Source: Patescibacteria group bacterium (GTDB lineage Bacteria; Patescibacteriota; Microgenomatia; Woykebacterales; 2-01-FULL-43-14). Taken from it: a DNA stretch of 64,000 nt. Below the pieces are notes generated by a model that saw nothing but the letters and a program-made list of their open reading frames with translations, was not told the DNA's origin and ran no database searches. Positions 26,045 to 35,884 of the stretch are shown one piece after another (the first letter of the stretch is position 1; each line of letters begins with the position of its first letter). Position numbers and translations under genes: made by a program. The stretch lies in contig JAMCZT010000033.1 in assembly GCA_023485445.1 (NCBI GenBank), positions 11,170 to 75,169 of the forward strand. Direction: 5' to 3'.

Positions 26045-26071
26045 AATGACGAGAGTCAAAATTAGCTTCCA

Positions 26072-26130
26072 TATTATATCATCCAGAAAATCAAAATTCA
26101 AAACTTTGAACTTTGCACGTTGAACTTTTA
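26072..26130 (-). promoter_or_regulatory. tRNA-Asn promoter preceded by a tandem heptamer array
   Basis: Minus strand TAAAAGT TCAACGT GCAAAGT TCAAAGT, then TTGAAT (26100-26095), 17 nt, TATAAT (26077-26072). Confidence 0.6.
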
Positions 26131-26142
26131 CTAACCGGCTAT

Positions 26143-27234
26143 TTACTCTAAATAATCCCTGAGTTTTTTAGAACGGGTCGGATGACGCAGTTTTCGGAGG
26201 GCCTTGGCCTCGATTTGACGAATCCGCTCTCGGGTCACCCCGAATTCTTTTCCAACTTCCTCTAAGGTTCTCTGCCGTCCATCTTCCAAACCGAAGCGGA
26301 GACGAAGGACTTTTCTTTCCCGATCATTAAGAGTATCTAAGACTTCCCCAATGTGTGCTTTTAACAACTCGTGGGAAGCGGCGTCTTCTGGGCGAATCTC
26401 CTCGTCAGGAATAAAATCACCTAATGTTGAGTCTTTTTCCTCTCCTACAGGAGCTTCCAAAGAAGTCGGCTCTTGAGAAACCTTAACAATTTCCCTGACC
26501 TTTTCCACGTCGATACCCATCTCCTTGGCCACTTCTTCCGGAATCGGTTCCCGACCTAATTCCTGCATTAGTTTCCGGTGAACACGGACGAAACGGTTAA
26601 TAGTTTCGACCATGTGAACCGGAATTCGAATAGTTCGTGCTTGATCGGCAATCGCCCGGGTAATGGCTTGCCTAATCCACCATGTAGCGTAAGTAGAAAA
26701 TTTGTAGCCTTTTCGCCAGTCAAACTTTTCCACTGCACGGATTAAGCCAATATTTCCTTCTTGGATCAAATCGAGTAAAGATAATCCTCGACCAACATAT
26801 TTTTTCGCGATAGAAACAACTAACCTTAAGTTCGCCTGGGCTAATTTCTCCGCCGCCTCGAGATCTCCTTTCTCTGCTCGCTTAGCTAAAGAAACCTCTT
26901 CCTCTGATTTTAAAAGCGGGATCCGGCCGATTTCTTTTAAATACATCCTGACCGGATCGGTGGCAAAACTTTCCTCAACGGCGGTCACCACTTCCAATTC
27001 TTTTTCTAGCTCGGTCACTTTAGGCTCGGGGCTTTCCCCTTCCGAAGCCTCCTCGGTACTCCCAATGTCAAAAACATCAATCCCTTCCTCGGCCAATTGG
27101 GTATACAGCTCATCTAAGGCCGATAAATTCGTCTCTGCTTCTGGAAAAAGGGCTAGGATTTCCTCTTGAGTCACAAAACCCTGACGTCGACCGCGGCTAA
27201 TTATCTCTTGGGTCACTGAGGTTTCTTTGGCCAT
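26143..27234 (-). CDS. rpoD: RNA polymerase primary sigma factor (sigma-70/RpoD)
   Basis: 363 aa. Regions 1.2-4 are present: [47 protein letters not shown], ..[30 protein letters not shown]. Confidence 0.95.
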   Translation of the reverse strand: MAKETSVTQEIISRGRRQGFVTQEEILALFPEAETNLSALDELYTQLAEEGIDVFDIGSTEEASEGESPEPKVTELEKELEVVTAVEESFATDPVRMYLKEIGRIPLLKSEEEVSLAKRAEKGDLEAAEKLAQANLRLVVSIAKKYVGRGLSLLDLIQEGNIGLIRAVEKFDWRKGYKFSTYATWWIRQAITRAIADQARTIRIPVHMVETINRFVRVHRKLMQELGREPIPEEVAKEMGIDVEKVREIVKVSQEPTSLEAPVGEEKDSTLGDFIPDEEIRPEDAASHELLKAHIGEVLDTLNDRERKVLRLRFGLEDGRQRTLEEVGKEFGVTRERIRQIEAKALRKLRHPTRSKKLRDYLE

Positions 27235-27259
27235 TAAATTCCTCCATCTATTAAACTCA

Positions 27260-29014
27260 CTACTCGTTAAATTCCTTTAGCTTTACCGATAAATCACGAA
27301 ATTCTTTATTTAACAATTCCAATTTTACCACATCCTTCAAAATTTCTGCTTGCTTGATTTCCACTTCTAGCTTTTTTAATCTTCGTTTTAAGTTTAAACT
27401 CTTTAATTGATAGAAACACCTAATAAACTCCTTTTCTAGTTTCTCATCGTCTTCCAATAAATAATCTTCAATCTCTACCAACATAATTTCGTCAAAGACA
27501 GGTAGTAAGTCAGGCGATAAGCTAGAAGCAAACTCTTTTGCAGAAAAACTTTTTCCCTCTTTTGAATAGAGCTCAAAAAGCGTTCTTAATTTTTCTTTAT
27601 TAAAATCAGCGGTCTCCACGCCCTCGGAATTCTTCTTTGTTTGGAACAGTAAAGCCAACAAATATGTTTCCAAGGCTTCCTCACGAACCAGAGTGGGGAT
27701 AACCTTTTCTCCCTGCTTTTGAACATTCACAGGTCCACTCACCCTCTTCTGCTTATTCAAAGTTTTGTTTAAGGCTTCTTCTGTCACTCCTAAAAGAGCG
27801 GATAGTTTTTGGACGTAATGAGCCCGTAAAATCTCATCCTCTAGTTTTGTAAGTAGGGGTAAAAATTCCCCTCCCACTTTTCTTTTCCCTTGAATCGTGT
27901 CCAAACCGTAACGCGAAATAGCAGAAGAAAGATAGTAATCATAAATCGGCATCAAATCTTGAAGGCTGGCTTGCCAAAGTTTGGGATCTTTTTTAATACA
28001 CTCATCCGGGTCTTTACCAAATTTTAATCGAACAACGTTAATATTCATTCCTAAATTTTCCGCTATCTCTATCCCTCTTTTTGTCGCTGAATCTCCCGCT
28101 AAATCAGTGTCAAAACAAAGGGCAATGTTAGAGGCATATCTTTTGATAAGCTGCAGCTGGGAAAAAGTCAGAGCAGTACCTAAAGGGGCTGTAACATTTC
28201 TCACCCCAACCTGATGGGAAGAAATAACATCTAAATTACCCTCCACCAGAACCGCCTGGTTTAATTTTTTAGCCTCTTCTTTGGCTAAATGCATTCCGTA
28301 AAGGACACTGCTTTTATCGAAAATAGGTGTTTCTGGACTATTGAGATACTTCGGCTCACCAGATTCCAACACTCGCCCGGAAAAACCCACAACCTCTCCC
28401 CTGATATTAAAAATAGGGAAAATAATCCTCCCTCGAAAGCGGTCATAATATCCCCCACCTCGGCTAGAAGGAATGATCAGACCCGCCGCCAACACATCTT
28501 TGAGATTAAAGCCTTTTTTGGACAAATACTTGCCTAAAAACTCCCATTGGTTTGGCGAATACCCCAATTTAAAACTTTTTATGGAGGCTAAAGTCAAACC
28601 CCGACCCTTTAAGTAATCAAGCGCTTTCTTCCCCGAAGAGTGTTCTATTAAAAGCCGGTGGTAAACCCCCGCCACGGCTTCGTTGATCAAGAGCAATATT
28701 TCTTTCTGTTTTTCAACGGGGGAAGGATGATACTCTTTAAGGGCAATCCCAGCTCTTCTGGCTAGCTGCTTTAAGGCTTCATCGAATTCTACTCCTTCGA
28801 TCTTCATTAAAAAATTAAAGGCGTCACCACCTTCTCCACAACCAAAACACTTAAAAATCCCTCGCTCGGGGGAAACCATAAAAGAAGGGGTTTTTTCAGT
28901 ATGAAATGGACAATTAGCTTTGTAATTGCGGCCTGCTTTTTTAAGAGAAACGTATTCCGAAATCAAGCTGACAATATCGGTCTTTGATTTTATCTCGTCT
29001 ATCTGATTTTCCAT
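27260..29014 (-). CDS. dnaG: DNA primase
   Basis: 584 aa. Zinc finger [22 protein letters not shown] polymerase core, TOPRIM ([17 protein letters not shown]). Confidence 0.9.
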   Translation of the reverse strand: MENQIDEIKSKTDIVSLISEYVSLKKAGRNYKANCPFHTEKTPSFMVSPERGIFKCFGCGEGGDAFNFLMKIEGVEFDEALKQLARRAGIALKEYHPSPVEKQKEILLLINEAVAGVYHRLLIEHSSGKKALDYLKGRGLTLASIKSFKLGYSPNQWEFLGKYLSKKGFNLKDVLAAGLIIPSSRGGGYYDRFRGRIIFPIFNIRGEVVGFSGRVLESGEPKYLNSPETPIFDKSSVLYGMHLAKEEAKKLNQAVLVEGNLDVISSHQVGVRNVTAPLGTALTFSQLQLIKRYASNIALCFDTDLAGDSATKRGIEIAENLGMNINVVRLKFGKDPDECIKKDPKLWQASLQDLMPIYDYYLSSAISRYGLDTIQGKRKVGGEFLPLLTKLEDEILRAHYVQKLSALLGVTEEALNKTLNKQKRVSGPVNVQKQGEKVIPTLVREEALETYLLALLFQTKKNSEGVETADFNKEKLRTLFELYSKEGKSFSAKEFASSLSPDLLPVFDEIMLVEIEDYLLEDDEKLEKEFIRCFYQLKSLNLKRRLKKLEVEIKQAEILKDVVKLELLNKEFRDLSVKLKEFNE

Positions 29015-29225
29015 CTGCTGTCCTTTATGCTAATTAATACCACACCTCATTCCAACTTGTCCACCCCGATTCACTCGGGTCCAGGATCATCTTCCTTACT
29101 GGTTACTTATCTAAGAAAAAATGAGGACGGACGAAGGTGGTGTGAATTTGAAAAAATTGATCAATCTGGAAGATTATTTCGGTTTCTGGGTATTCACTGT
29201 ATTTCTTTTATCATCAGGTGAAATT

Positions 29226-29789
29226 TTATAAGCGGTTAAATAGCTGCTCAATCGATTCTAGTTCTGTCTCGCAACCGGGATTTAAAATGGTTTTTTCCTG
29301 ACCATCAAGATAAATTTTCCAACTTACAGAAGAATCCAAGACGAATTCTTTGCTTTCGCAAGACTTATTCATTATGTTTGTTTTTTTAATTTCTGCCACT
29401 ATCTGGTCTACTAAACTTTTACTTAAGACTTTCTCGCTATTCTTGTCTCCCGTAACAACTAATCTTCCCGAAATGTAGAGTGTTGTGGTTCGGAAGCAAG
29501 TTCCTCCAACACGACACAGCCCCCAGCTTGCAGATTGTTCATAAAGAATTTTTTCCGAAGGAGGCACCTTGTTTTCCTCCTTCTCGGTTTGTCCTGGCTT
29601 GGGCCAGAAGTAGTAGGCGCCTACGCCCACAATTAAAAGCAAGAAAACAAAACTAAGAAAAATGAGTAATTTACCTTTCGGGGAAGAAGTGTGAACTACT
29701 GGAGGAATATTAGAAAATCGTTGATCACTGTTGTCTGTTTCCATACCTCTTAAATGTACCACGAAATGATCAGAAAGGCAATCGACCAA
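29226..29789 (-). CDS. Hypothetical single-pass membrane protein
   Basis: 187-aa ORF (TTG start). The alternative start METDNS is at 29744. One TM (LLIFLSFVFLLLIVGVGAYYF) and an extracytoplasmic Cys-containing domain. Confidence 0.5.
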   Translation of the reverse strand: MVDCLSDHFVVHLRGMETDNSDQRFSNIPPVVHTSSPKGKLLIFLSFVFLLLIVGVGAYYFWPKPGQTEKEENKVPPSEKILYEQSASWGLCRVGGTCFRTTTLYISGRLVVTGDKNSEKVLSKSLVDQIVAEIKKTNIMNKSCESKEFVLDSSVSWKIYLDGQEKTILNPGCETELESIEQLFNRL

Positions 29790-29976
29790 AACATTACTGG
29801 CGGGACATCGTGAACGATGTCAGAACAATTATACAAAATTACTCTGGCTATATCCACATTCCTGATCTACAACCACAATTAGCCACTTGTTCCACCATCT
29901 GACTTACAAAATCCAAGCTGGGTATTCTTCTCGACTTGACATTGTATCTCAGGATTTGTTTTAATTATAGTTAAGT

Positions 29977-32106
29977 ATGATTATGAAAAACGATGATTTA
30001 CCAGAGCAGTCTACAAGTCAGATCCCTTCTTCACCGCAACCAGCTACGAATTTTACCCAACCAGTTCCTACACCAACAGTCAACCCTGTGCCAAATCCTA
30101 AAAATAAGCTCCTGTTAATAACAGGAATTGTAGTATTACTTGCGCTTTTTAGCGGGGTTGCCTATTACTTAGGAGCAAAGGGCACGAAGGTTGATTTAAC
30201 TTCTAACAAACAACAGTCACAAGAGCAGCCAACCAGTAATCCTATTCCCACCACAACGGTGTCACAAACGCCTCTTTTTTCTGGTCAACTTAAAAGACTC
30301 AGTCAGAACTTACAGATCTTTAAATCAACCGAGGATGACAAATTAAACGGCATAGAGAACAACTTTGTTTACTATGATGCTGGAAAATTTAATCAAGGTG
30401 AGTTAAAAGATTATACTCGGATAATGGCGATTAGACCATCTAGAGGTCCAGGACAACCATTGACTTTCACTTTGGCTACCAAAGACTTTCAGAACTATGT
30501 TTTAGATGATCCAGATAATAAGACTACAAAATATCCTGCAGATGACTGGCAAAATCCTTATAATTTCCTGGATAAAAGTAAAATTACCTCTACCAGAACA
30601 TTTGAAACAGAACAATCAAGAGAAATCGATCTTAACCAAAACTTCGCCTTGTATTTAGAAGAATTATCCATTGAGAATGTTCCGACAAATCGAAAAGATA
30701 AAAACGGTAGCCAAATTGACGACACTCCATTAACCACAAATTTTGCTTCCTATCAGAAATTAACTTCTCCATTCAACAATCTAACAATTTACTTTAAGCC
30801 TTACGAACAAAATAACACTTATTACAATCAGTTAAGCCAATCAGAAAAAGAAAAATTCCAGTTAAGGCAAAAGTATTTGTTAGGTGATACAGAAGTGATA
30901 GTAGTCGATTCTGTGGGACTACCGATTGTTTATGCAATGACAACGCCTGGAAATGTTAAGATTTATAACAACAAGCAAGCTCAATACGAGATTGCCTGGA
31001 AAACTTATCAAGAACAGCTGAAAAAGTTCCAAAATAAGGAGATTAGCCAATATCCTCAGTCGCCAGACTATGTTTATCTCCCAACCTTAGGTTTTAGTAA
31101 CTCGCAAATAAACAGTCAAAATAACCTCAAATTTTTTAACAACTATAAGACAGCTGTTCCAGGTGCTTGCGCAACTTCGCAGAACAGCCGAGTAATCAAT
31201 GTAAGTGACAGTGACCTTGAACAGATTGGCTCTGTATCAAATCTTCCTTTATATCGACTAAAAGACACTAACAATCCTCTTTATGCACTTGCATATAAGA
31301 ACAAACTGGAATACTCCGACCAAGATCCTACCTCTTGGGATCAAGTTAACAAAGGCATACAAAAACCCACTCTTGAAGAGTATATCAGCCAGAGTCCCTT
31401 GTTGTTCGTTAAGAACTACTGGCAACAATGGGTAGCCCTGGGGGAATTTGATATTAAATTGCCAGGAGGTTGTGGCAAACCCGTTGTGTATCTTTATCCT
31501 ACACAACCAACAGATGTGACGGTTAAGTTTGAAGTTCCTGTCCAATTGACAACTGATATACCAAAATACGCAGATTTTTGGCAAGTAAAGGCTTATCCTA
31601 ATGGCTCACTCGTTAACCTCAAACCAGAATTTACAAACTGCCAGCAAATCGATGTTCAACAAAAAGGATCTGAATATGCCAAACAGGCATGTCAAATCAA
31701 CACTTACCCATATCTTTTTTGGGCGGGTAATGTGGTTTCCAGAAACTACCCAACAATTAAGGATGGGTGGATTGTCGATCGGAAAGACTTGGGTAGTTTT
31801 CTAAATGAAAAACTGATCGGAATGGGGCTTTCTGATACAGAAAGGAAGGACTTTACGAATTACTGGTTGGCTGACATGTTAGAGAAGAATGCTCCATATT
31901 ATCGCATCAGTTTCTTGCAGACGGATGATCTAAACAGGCTCTTCCCAATGACTGTAGATCCTAAACCAGATACAAGTTTCCGCATTTTCTTAGACTACTC
32001 CGCATTAACAGAAAAACCTGAACAATTACCCCAGCCCCAGAATCTTAATAGACTGGTAAGAAAAGGTTTCACCTTAGTAGAGTGGGGTGGGTTGAAGCAA
32101 CCCTAA
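29977..32106 (+). CDS. Hypothetical large membrane-anchored extracytoplasmic protein
   Basis: 709 aa. Pro-rich N-terminus, one TM (LLLITGIVVLLALFSGVAYYLG), and a large Asn/Gln/Tyr-rich ectodomain. No domain recognised. Confidence 0.6.
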   Translation: MIMKNDDLPEQSTSQIPSSPQPATNFTQPVPTPTVNPVPNPKNKLLLITGIVVLLALFSGVAYYLGAKGTKVDLTSNKQQSQEQPTSNPIPTTTVSQTPLFSGQLKRLSQNLQIFKSTEDDKLNGIENNFVYYDAGKFNQGELKDYTRIMAIRPSRGPGQPLTFTLATKDFQNYVLDDPDNKTTKYPADDWQNPYNFLDKSKITSTRTFETEQSREIDLNQNFALYLEELSIENVPTNRKDKNGSQIDDTPLTTNFASYQKLTSPFNNLTIYFKPYEQNNTYYNQLSQSEKEKFQLRQKYLLGDTEVIVVDSVGLPIVYAMTTPGNVKIYNNKQAQYEIAWKTYQEQLKKFQNKEISQYPQSPDYVYLPTLGFSNSQINSQNNLKFFNNYKTAVPGACATSQNSRVINVSDSDLEQIGSVSNLPLYRLKDTNNPLYALAYKNKLEYSDQDPTSWDQVNKGIQKPTLEEYISQSPLLFVKNYWQQWVALGEFDIKLPGGCGKPVVYLYPTQPTDVTVKFEVPVQLTTDIPKYADFWQVKAYPNGSLVNLKPEFTNCQQIDVQQKGSEYAKQACQINTYPYLFWAGNVVSRNYPTIKDGWIVDRKDLGSFLNEKLIGMGLSDTERKDFTNYWLADMLEKNAPYYRISFLQTDDLNRLFPMTVDPKPDTSFRIFLDYSALTEKPEQLPQPQNLNRLVRKGFTLVEWGGLKQP

Positions 32107-32500
32107 CTCAGAGATCACTCCAAAATTACACCACCGTAAACCCTTTGTGTTGGCTTGTGCAGGGCTTTCGTGCCTGGGGTGGCAATAGTTTCACCTTAAT
32201 TTAGCTTAGAAGCCGGGGATGTGTTGGGGGAATTGGACAGGTTTTGGGAGGACTCCTAAAACCTCCATACTTGATTGGGCTCGCCTGGAGAGTTTCCCAT
32301 TCAAAGGTGTATTTCGAGCGTCAGAACCAGTAAACAATTTAACTCTGTGTTGATAAAAATTCAACTCAACTTGATATTTACAGTGTTTCCTTTTATGTTT
32401 GGAACTGGTCTATAACGCCAGAAAATCCCTCCTTACCGCTGGTGGGCAAGAAATTGTTGGATGGGAGGACTGAGAGGGTCTCCCGATAGACCAAACAGTC

Positions 32501-33289
32501 TCAGAGCTTAGGCAAATCCTGGATATTGTTTCTGTAAACAATGATCTGTCCACCGTTGGTGATAGTAATATCGATCCTTTGGTAGTTGGTTGATTTCATT
32601 TTGATGCACCACACACCCTGAGCGTTCTGATAAGCTCCTTCACGAGTCTTGTCGACATCGCCACAAACCTCGTGTTCTTTGGTAACAAAGACATTTTTGT
32701 CTTCCCAGTTCATAAAGAAGTTGCCTGGCTTTGTGCCCTCGAATTTGTAGGTCATCTTGGTAATATCGATATCCAGGATGTCTTTATGCTCGGTCAGGAA
32801 TCTCTCAGCAACTTGTCTTAATTCTTTTGAGGTGCTGTAGCGTCCTGAGTAGTCGTAATTAGGCAACGGATCTGTTCTCTTGGTTCTTTCAGCGTCACCA
32901 ACACCAATGATGTAGTTGGTTTTAGGATCGATCTCAAAGCTGTGATTTTCCGCTTCGTAAAACTCGCTGGCTGGGTTATGATAATCTGTCCCACTGTCAT
33001 CGGGCTTACCATTAAACCGACTGCAGATGAGCTCTGGCTCAAATTCTTTACTAACCGCTGGGTAAATCCCATGCAGAAACTCTCTGATGTTATTTACCGC
33101 CTTAGCTCTTTCCGCCTCTGGTCTGGTAGTTAAAAGACAAAACTTCTGACGCAGCGCTTTATACTCCTCAGATTCCTTATTTGGGTTAGCGTTCATTTCC
33201 TCCAGCAATTCAGCCACTTGCTGATCTTTGGCATTGTTGTGGAATGACTGAACGATTTTTGATTGAGTTAAGAAACGAGGAGTCAACAT
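32501..33289 (-). CDS. Hypothetical protein whose signal peptide appears to be in another frame (possible frameshifted gene)
   Basis: 262-aa ORF with no domain recognised. It has no Shine-Dalgarno sequence of its own. Its ATG is embedded in the last codons of the upstream signal-peptide mini-ORF. Confidence 0.5.
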   Translation of the reverse strand: MLTPRFLTQSKIVQSFHNNAKDQQVAELLEEMNANPNKESEEYKALRQKFCLLTTRPEAERAKAVNNIREFLHGIYPAVSKEFEPELICSRFNGKPDDSGTDYHNPASEFYEAENHSFEIDPKTNYIIGVGDAERTKRTDPLPNYDYSGRYSTSKELRQVAERFLTEHKDILDIDITKMTYKFEGTKPGNFFMNWEDKNVFVTKEHEVCGDVDKTREGAYQNAQGVWCIKMKSTNYQRIDITITNGGQIIVYRNNIQDLPKL

Positions 33290-33366
33290 AATACAAGAAG
33301 AACAGTAACCGAGAGGAGAAGTATGAGGGGAAGAATTCGAGATTTATTTTTATGTTTCATTATCAT
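33283..33366 (-). CDS. 27-codon mini-ORF encoding only a signal-peptide-like sequence. Probably the detached N-terminus of the 32501..33289 gene
   Basis: Own translation: AGGAGGTGAAAA-ATG.. MIMKHKNKSRILPLILLLSVTVLLVLC*. It overlaps ATG 33289 out of frame. Confidence 0.4.
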   Translation of the reverse strand: MIMKHKNKSRILPLILLLSVTVLLVLC

Positions 33367-33554
33367 TTTTCACCTCCTAACAGCCCAACTGTTAACGATT
33401 TCGGAATGTTAACTTCCTTCCGAGACGAATGTCAAGTTTAGACTTATCTCCAGGCATATTTTAGCACAAAAGAATACAAGGAGTATGTCGAGAAAGAGAC
33501 AAGGAGTCTCTAAGATTTTTAGTAATAGGCAAACCAATTACACCCCAGCACATA

Positions 33555-33857
33555 TTGAAAAACTTTGGGGAGAGACTGCAAAAGGTAAGAAAGTCTCAGG
33601 GGATCTCGCAGGAACAGTTGGCGGCGCTGTTGTCCATGCACAGGACTTATATTGGCATGGTTGAGAGGGGTGAACGCAATCCAACGATGCCGACCCCGCA
33701 TTTGCGGGGGAGGTTCCAATCAATTTCGCTGAATGTAAAACTTGGCGGAGAGAGTGGGATTCGAACCCACGGACACCTTGCGATGTCACACGCTTTCCAA
33801 GCGTGCTCCTTAAACCACTCGGACACCTCTCCAAACGATCAGGCGCCACTATTCTAA
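33555..33857 (+). pseudogene. Truncated XRE-family helix-turn-helix gene running into tRNA-Ser
   Basis: The first ~45 codons (KNFGERLQKVRKSQGISQEQLAALLSMHRTYIGMVERGERNPT) form a normal HTH_3 N-terminus. The remainder is an antisense read-through of tRNA-Ser(GGA). Confidence 0.45.
33743..33832 (-). tRNA. tRNA-Ser (anticodon GGA)
   Basis: GGAGAGG TG TCCG AGTGGTTTAA GGAG .. CACGC TTGGAAA GCGTG, long variable arm, GTGGG TTCGAAT CCCAC TCTCTCC GCCA. Confidence 0.85.
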
Positions 33858-34277
33858 CAGTTTTTTCACTTGCTGAAAAATTTCCTTATCGGTCTTAAAG
33901 GTTAATTTCTCCTCAACCCGATCAACCGGAACCCATTCGGCGTTTTCGACTTCCCAATCATGGTCGGCAATATTGCCGGAAAGATACTTCATTAAGTAAA
34001 ACTTCACGGTCTTGCTTATTTTCTGGCCGTCTTGAGAATAAAAATAATGACTTTCTCCAACGTCATCGACAATTTCCGCCTCGACCCCACCTTCTTCTTT
34101 CACTTCTCGTAAAGCAGCCTCTTTCATCGATTCACCTTTGTCGATCAAACCTTTCGGAAAACTCCAGCCATGATGGCGACTATGTTGAGCAAGCAAAATA
34201 TAAACTCGGTCGTCTTCTTTCTTAAAAACTATTCCCCCACCCGAATATTCCCTTTTCCACAAACTCTTTTCTGGCAT
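33849..34277 (-). CDS. NUDIX hydrolase
   Basis: Nudix box GWSFPKGLIDKGESMKEAALREVKEEGGV. Start taken at ATG 34277 (GGGAGA Shine-Dalgarno sequence). The track start at 34289 is GTG. Confidence 0.85.
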   Translation of the reverse strand: MPEKSLWKREYSGGGIVFKKEDDRVYILLAQHSRHHGWSFPKGLIDKGESMKEAALREVKEEGGVEAEIVDDVGESHYFYSQDGQKISKTVKFYLMKYLSGNIADHDWEVENAEWVPVDRVEEKLTFKTDKEIFQQVKKLLE

Positions 34278-34307
34278 AATTTCTCCCACTGGATAAGTCC
34301 TAGCTAT

Positions 34308-34383
34308 TGGTGCGCTCGGCGGGACTCGAACCCACAGGCTTCGGCTCCGGAGGCCGACGCTCTATCCATTGAGCTACGAGCGC
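34308..34383 (-). tRNA. tRNA-Arg (anticodon CCG)
   Basis: GCGCTCG TA GCTC AATGGATA GAGC G TCGGC CTCCGGA GCCGA AGCCT GTGGG TTCGAGT CCCGC CGAGCGC ACCA. Confidence 0.85.
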
Positions 34384-34384
34384 T

Positions 34385-34476
34385 TGGCGGCGGGAGCAGG
34401 ATTCGAACCTGCGACCCCACAAAAGCGAGGTAGTTGTTTTCGAGACAACCGCTTTCGTCCACTCAGCCATCCCGCC
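34385..34476 (-). tRNA. tRNA-Ser (anticodon CGA)
   Basis: GGCGGGA TG GCTG AGTGGAC.. GTTGT CTCGAAA ACAAC, long variable arm, GCAGG TTCGAAT CCTGC TCCCGCC GCCA. Only 1 nt separates it from tRNA-Arg(CCG). Confidence 0.85.
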
Positions 34477-34492
34477 ACGTATTTTTTCAACC

Positions 34493-34729
34493 CTAAACTA
34501 ATCTTCTATTCCTAAAAGCCTGTCCTGATCCGTTTTTGAGGTATCTTTCGAATCTTAACGCACTTAACCTTTCCCTAAAGCAACAAAACCAGACCAATTC
34601 TAAAGGTCTCAGATTCTTTGTTGATTCAACATATCCCTGCTGATGTTCCTTAAACCGATTCTTTAAATTTGGCGTAGAACCAGTATAAATAGATTGGTTA
34701 TTGAGCTTTAAAAGATAAACGTAGTACAT
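34493..34729 (-). CDS. GIY-YIG nuclease superfamily small protein (UPF0213-like)
   Basis: MYYVYLLKLNNQSIYTGSTPNLKNRFKEHQQG.. = GIY-YIG motif. Start taken at the internal ATG 34729. Confidence 0.75.
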   Translation of the reverse strand: MYYVYLLKLNNQSIYTGSTPNLKNRFKEHQQGYVESTKNLRPLELVWFCCFRERLSALRFERYLKNGSGQAFRNRRLV

Positions 34730-34852
34730 ATTTACGGTAACCCTACGCATAAAGCTTCGGGTTACACACTTCGCTCTTTTAAAGTAGCTCCAAATTTCTT
34801 ACATGCATTTTTTAGTTCGTGGCCGCAGGCCACACGAAGCTTCAGCGAAGTG

Positions 34853-34928
34853 TGGTGCGCTCGGGGAGACTCGAACTCCCAACCTTCAGATCCGCAATCT
34901 GATGCTCTATCCATTAAGCTACGAGCGC
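34853..34928 (-). tRNA. tRNA-Arg (anticodon GCG)
   Basis: GCGCTCG TA GCTT AATGGATA GAGC A TCAGA TTGCGGA TCTGA AGGTT GGGAG TTCGAGT CTCCC CGAGCGC ACCA. Confidence 0.85.
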
Positions 34929-34960
34929 CTAAACGCTACACTTTAAACTTTTAACTCTGT

Positions 34961-35647
34961 CTAGGGTATTTCTTTAAAAACCGGCGCTGCCTCACTTTGA
35001 CTCTTTTCCATCGGCACGCGGTCAACTACCCCCTCAGTCATTTTTTCCCACCAGTTAGTCTTGGGGATTTCCCTAAAAGGAAGATACCTTGAGAGGATTT
35101 GTTTAATTTTATCTTGTTGTTCTGAATTAAAAAGTAGCGTTAACCGCCCTGGAAAGCCAAACTTTAGGTCAATATTTAAAATGGCCTCTCCATACTTTTG
35201 GGAAAACCAAAAATCAACTAATTCTGACCAAAGGTATTCATGCCCTCCAGTAATCACCCCTTGATCTGTAATTTTGTTTTCAATCTCATCAGGCGGGACA
35301 GTCGCTAAAACATAAATAACGAAAGCCAAAGCAATCAAAACTCCGATCAAGAGAAATTCGCGCATAAAAAGCAACAACACAGCTAAAATCAAAACCATTA
35401 GGCCAATATTGGCAAACCACTTTTTACTTCGAGGACGGAAAATTCGAGAAGGAGCTCGCCAGATAAGTAAATCCTCTGCTTTTTTTTGCTTTCCATCTTG
35501 TTCTTTGGCTCCAACCACGGGGTTTTCTAAAGTTGCGGGACTGGAACTCCCTTCCATCTTACCAATCTCTTCTTGAATCCTAGAAAGCTGCTCTTTCAAA
35601 TTTTTCAAGATGCTTTCATTTGTCGGATCGGGCATGTTATCCTCCAT
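34961..35647 (-). CDS. Hypothetical two-TM membrane protein
   Basis: 228 aa. N-terminal coiled/charged region, a TM hairpin (FANIGLMVLILAVLLLF..LLIGVLIALAFVIYVLA), and a C-terminal soluble domain. Confidence 0.55.
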   Translation of the reverse strand: MEDNMPDPTNESILKNLKEQLSRIQEEIGKMEGSSSPATLENPVVGAKEQDGKQKKAEDLLIWRAPSRIFRPRSKKWFANIGLMVLILAVLLLFMREFLLIGVLIALAFVIYVLATVPPDEIENKITDQGVITGGHEYLWSELVDFWFSQKYGEAILNIDLKFGFPGRLTLLFNSEQQDKIKQILSRYLPFREIPKTNWWEKMTEGVVDRVPMEKSQSEAAPVFKEIP

Positions 35648-35761
35648 TCGCTCTCCAATCCAGCTAAGCTAGATCGGTATCGCTCAAATTAAAAGTCCAA
35701 AATTCAAAATTATGAAAACTTACCCAGCCTCACAACTTTGCATCTTGCACTTTTAACTGTT

Positions 35762-35852
35762 TGGCGGAAGGGGAGGGATTCGAACCCCCGAGCCGCTTAA
35801 AGCGGCTGACGGTTTTCAAGACCGTTGCCTTCATCCTCTCGGCCACCCTTCC
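35762..35852 (-). tRNA. tRNA-Ser (anticodon UGA)
   Basis: GGAAGGG TG GCCG AGAGG.. ACGGT CTTGAAA ACCGT, long variable arm, GGGGG TTCGAAT CCCTC CCCTTCC GCCA. Confidence 0.85.
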
Positions 35853-35884
35853 CGACTAGCCTCAGATAAAATTCTGTTCCTGAC

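Noticed and set aside
33519-33849. Minus-strand ORFs of 66 and 103 aa, and the 34170-34433 plus-strand ORF
   Set aside because: They overlap tRNA-Ser/Arg genes or are antisense to the XRE fragment or NUDIX gene. The amino-acid strings (..GIRTHG.., ..RDSNPQ..) are the usual translations of tRNA T-arms.
34751-34852. Inverted repeat GCGAAGTGTG/CACACTTCGC with AAGCTTCG motifs and a GTGGCC-gca-GGCCAC hairpin between GIY-YIG and tRNA-Arg(GCG)
   Set aside because: It could be a processing or termination structure downstream of the tRNA. There is no U-run in the right orientation and nothing further to support a specific call.
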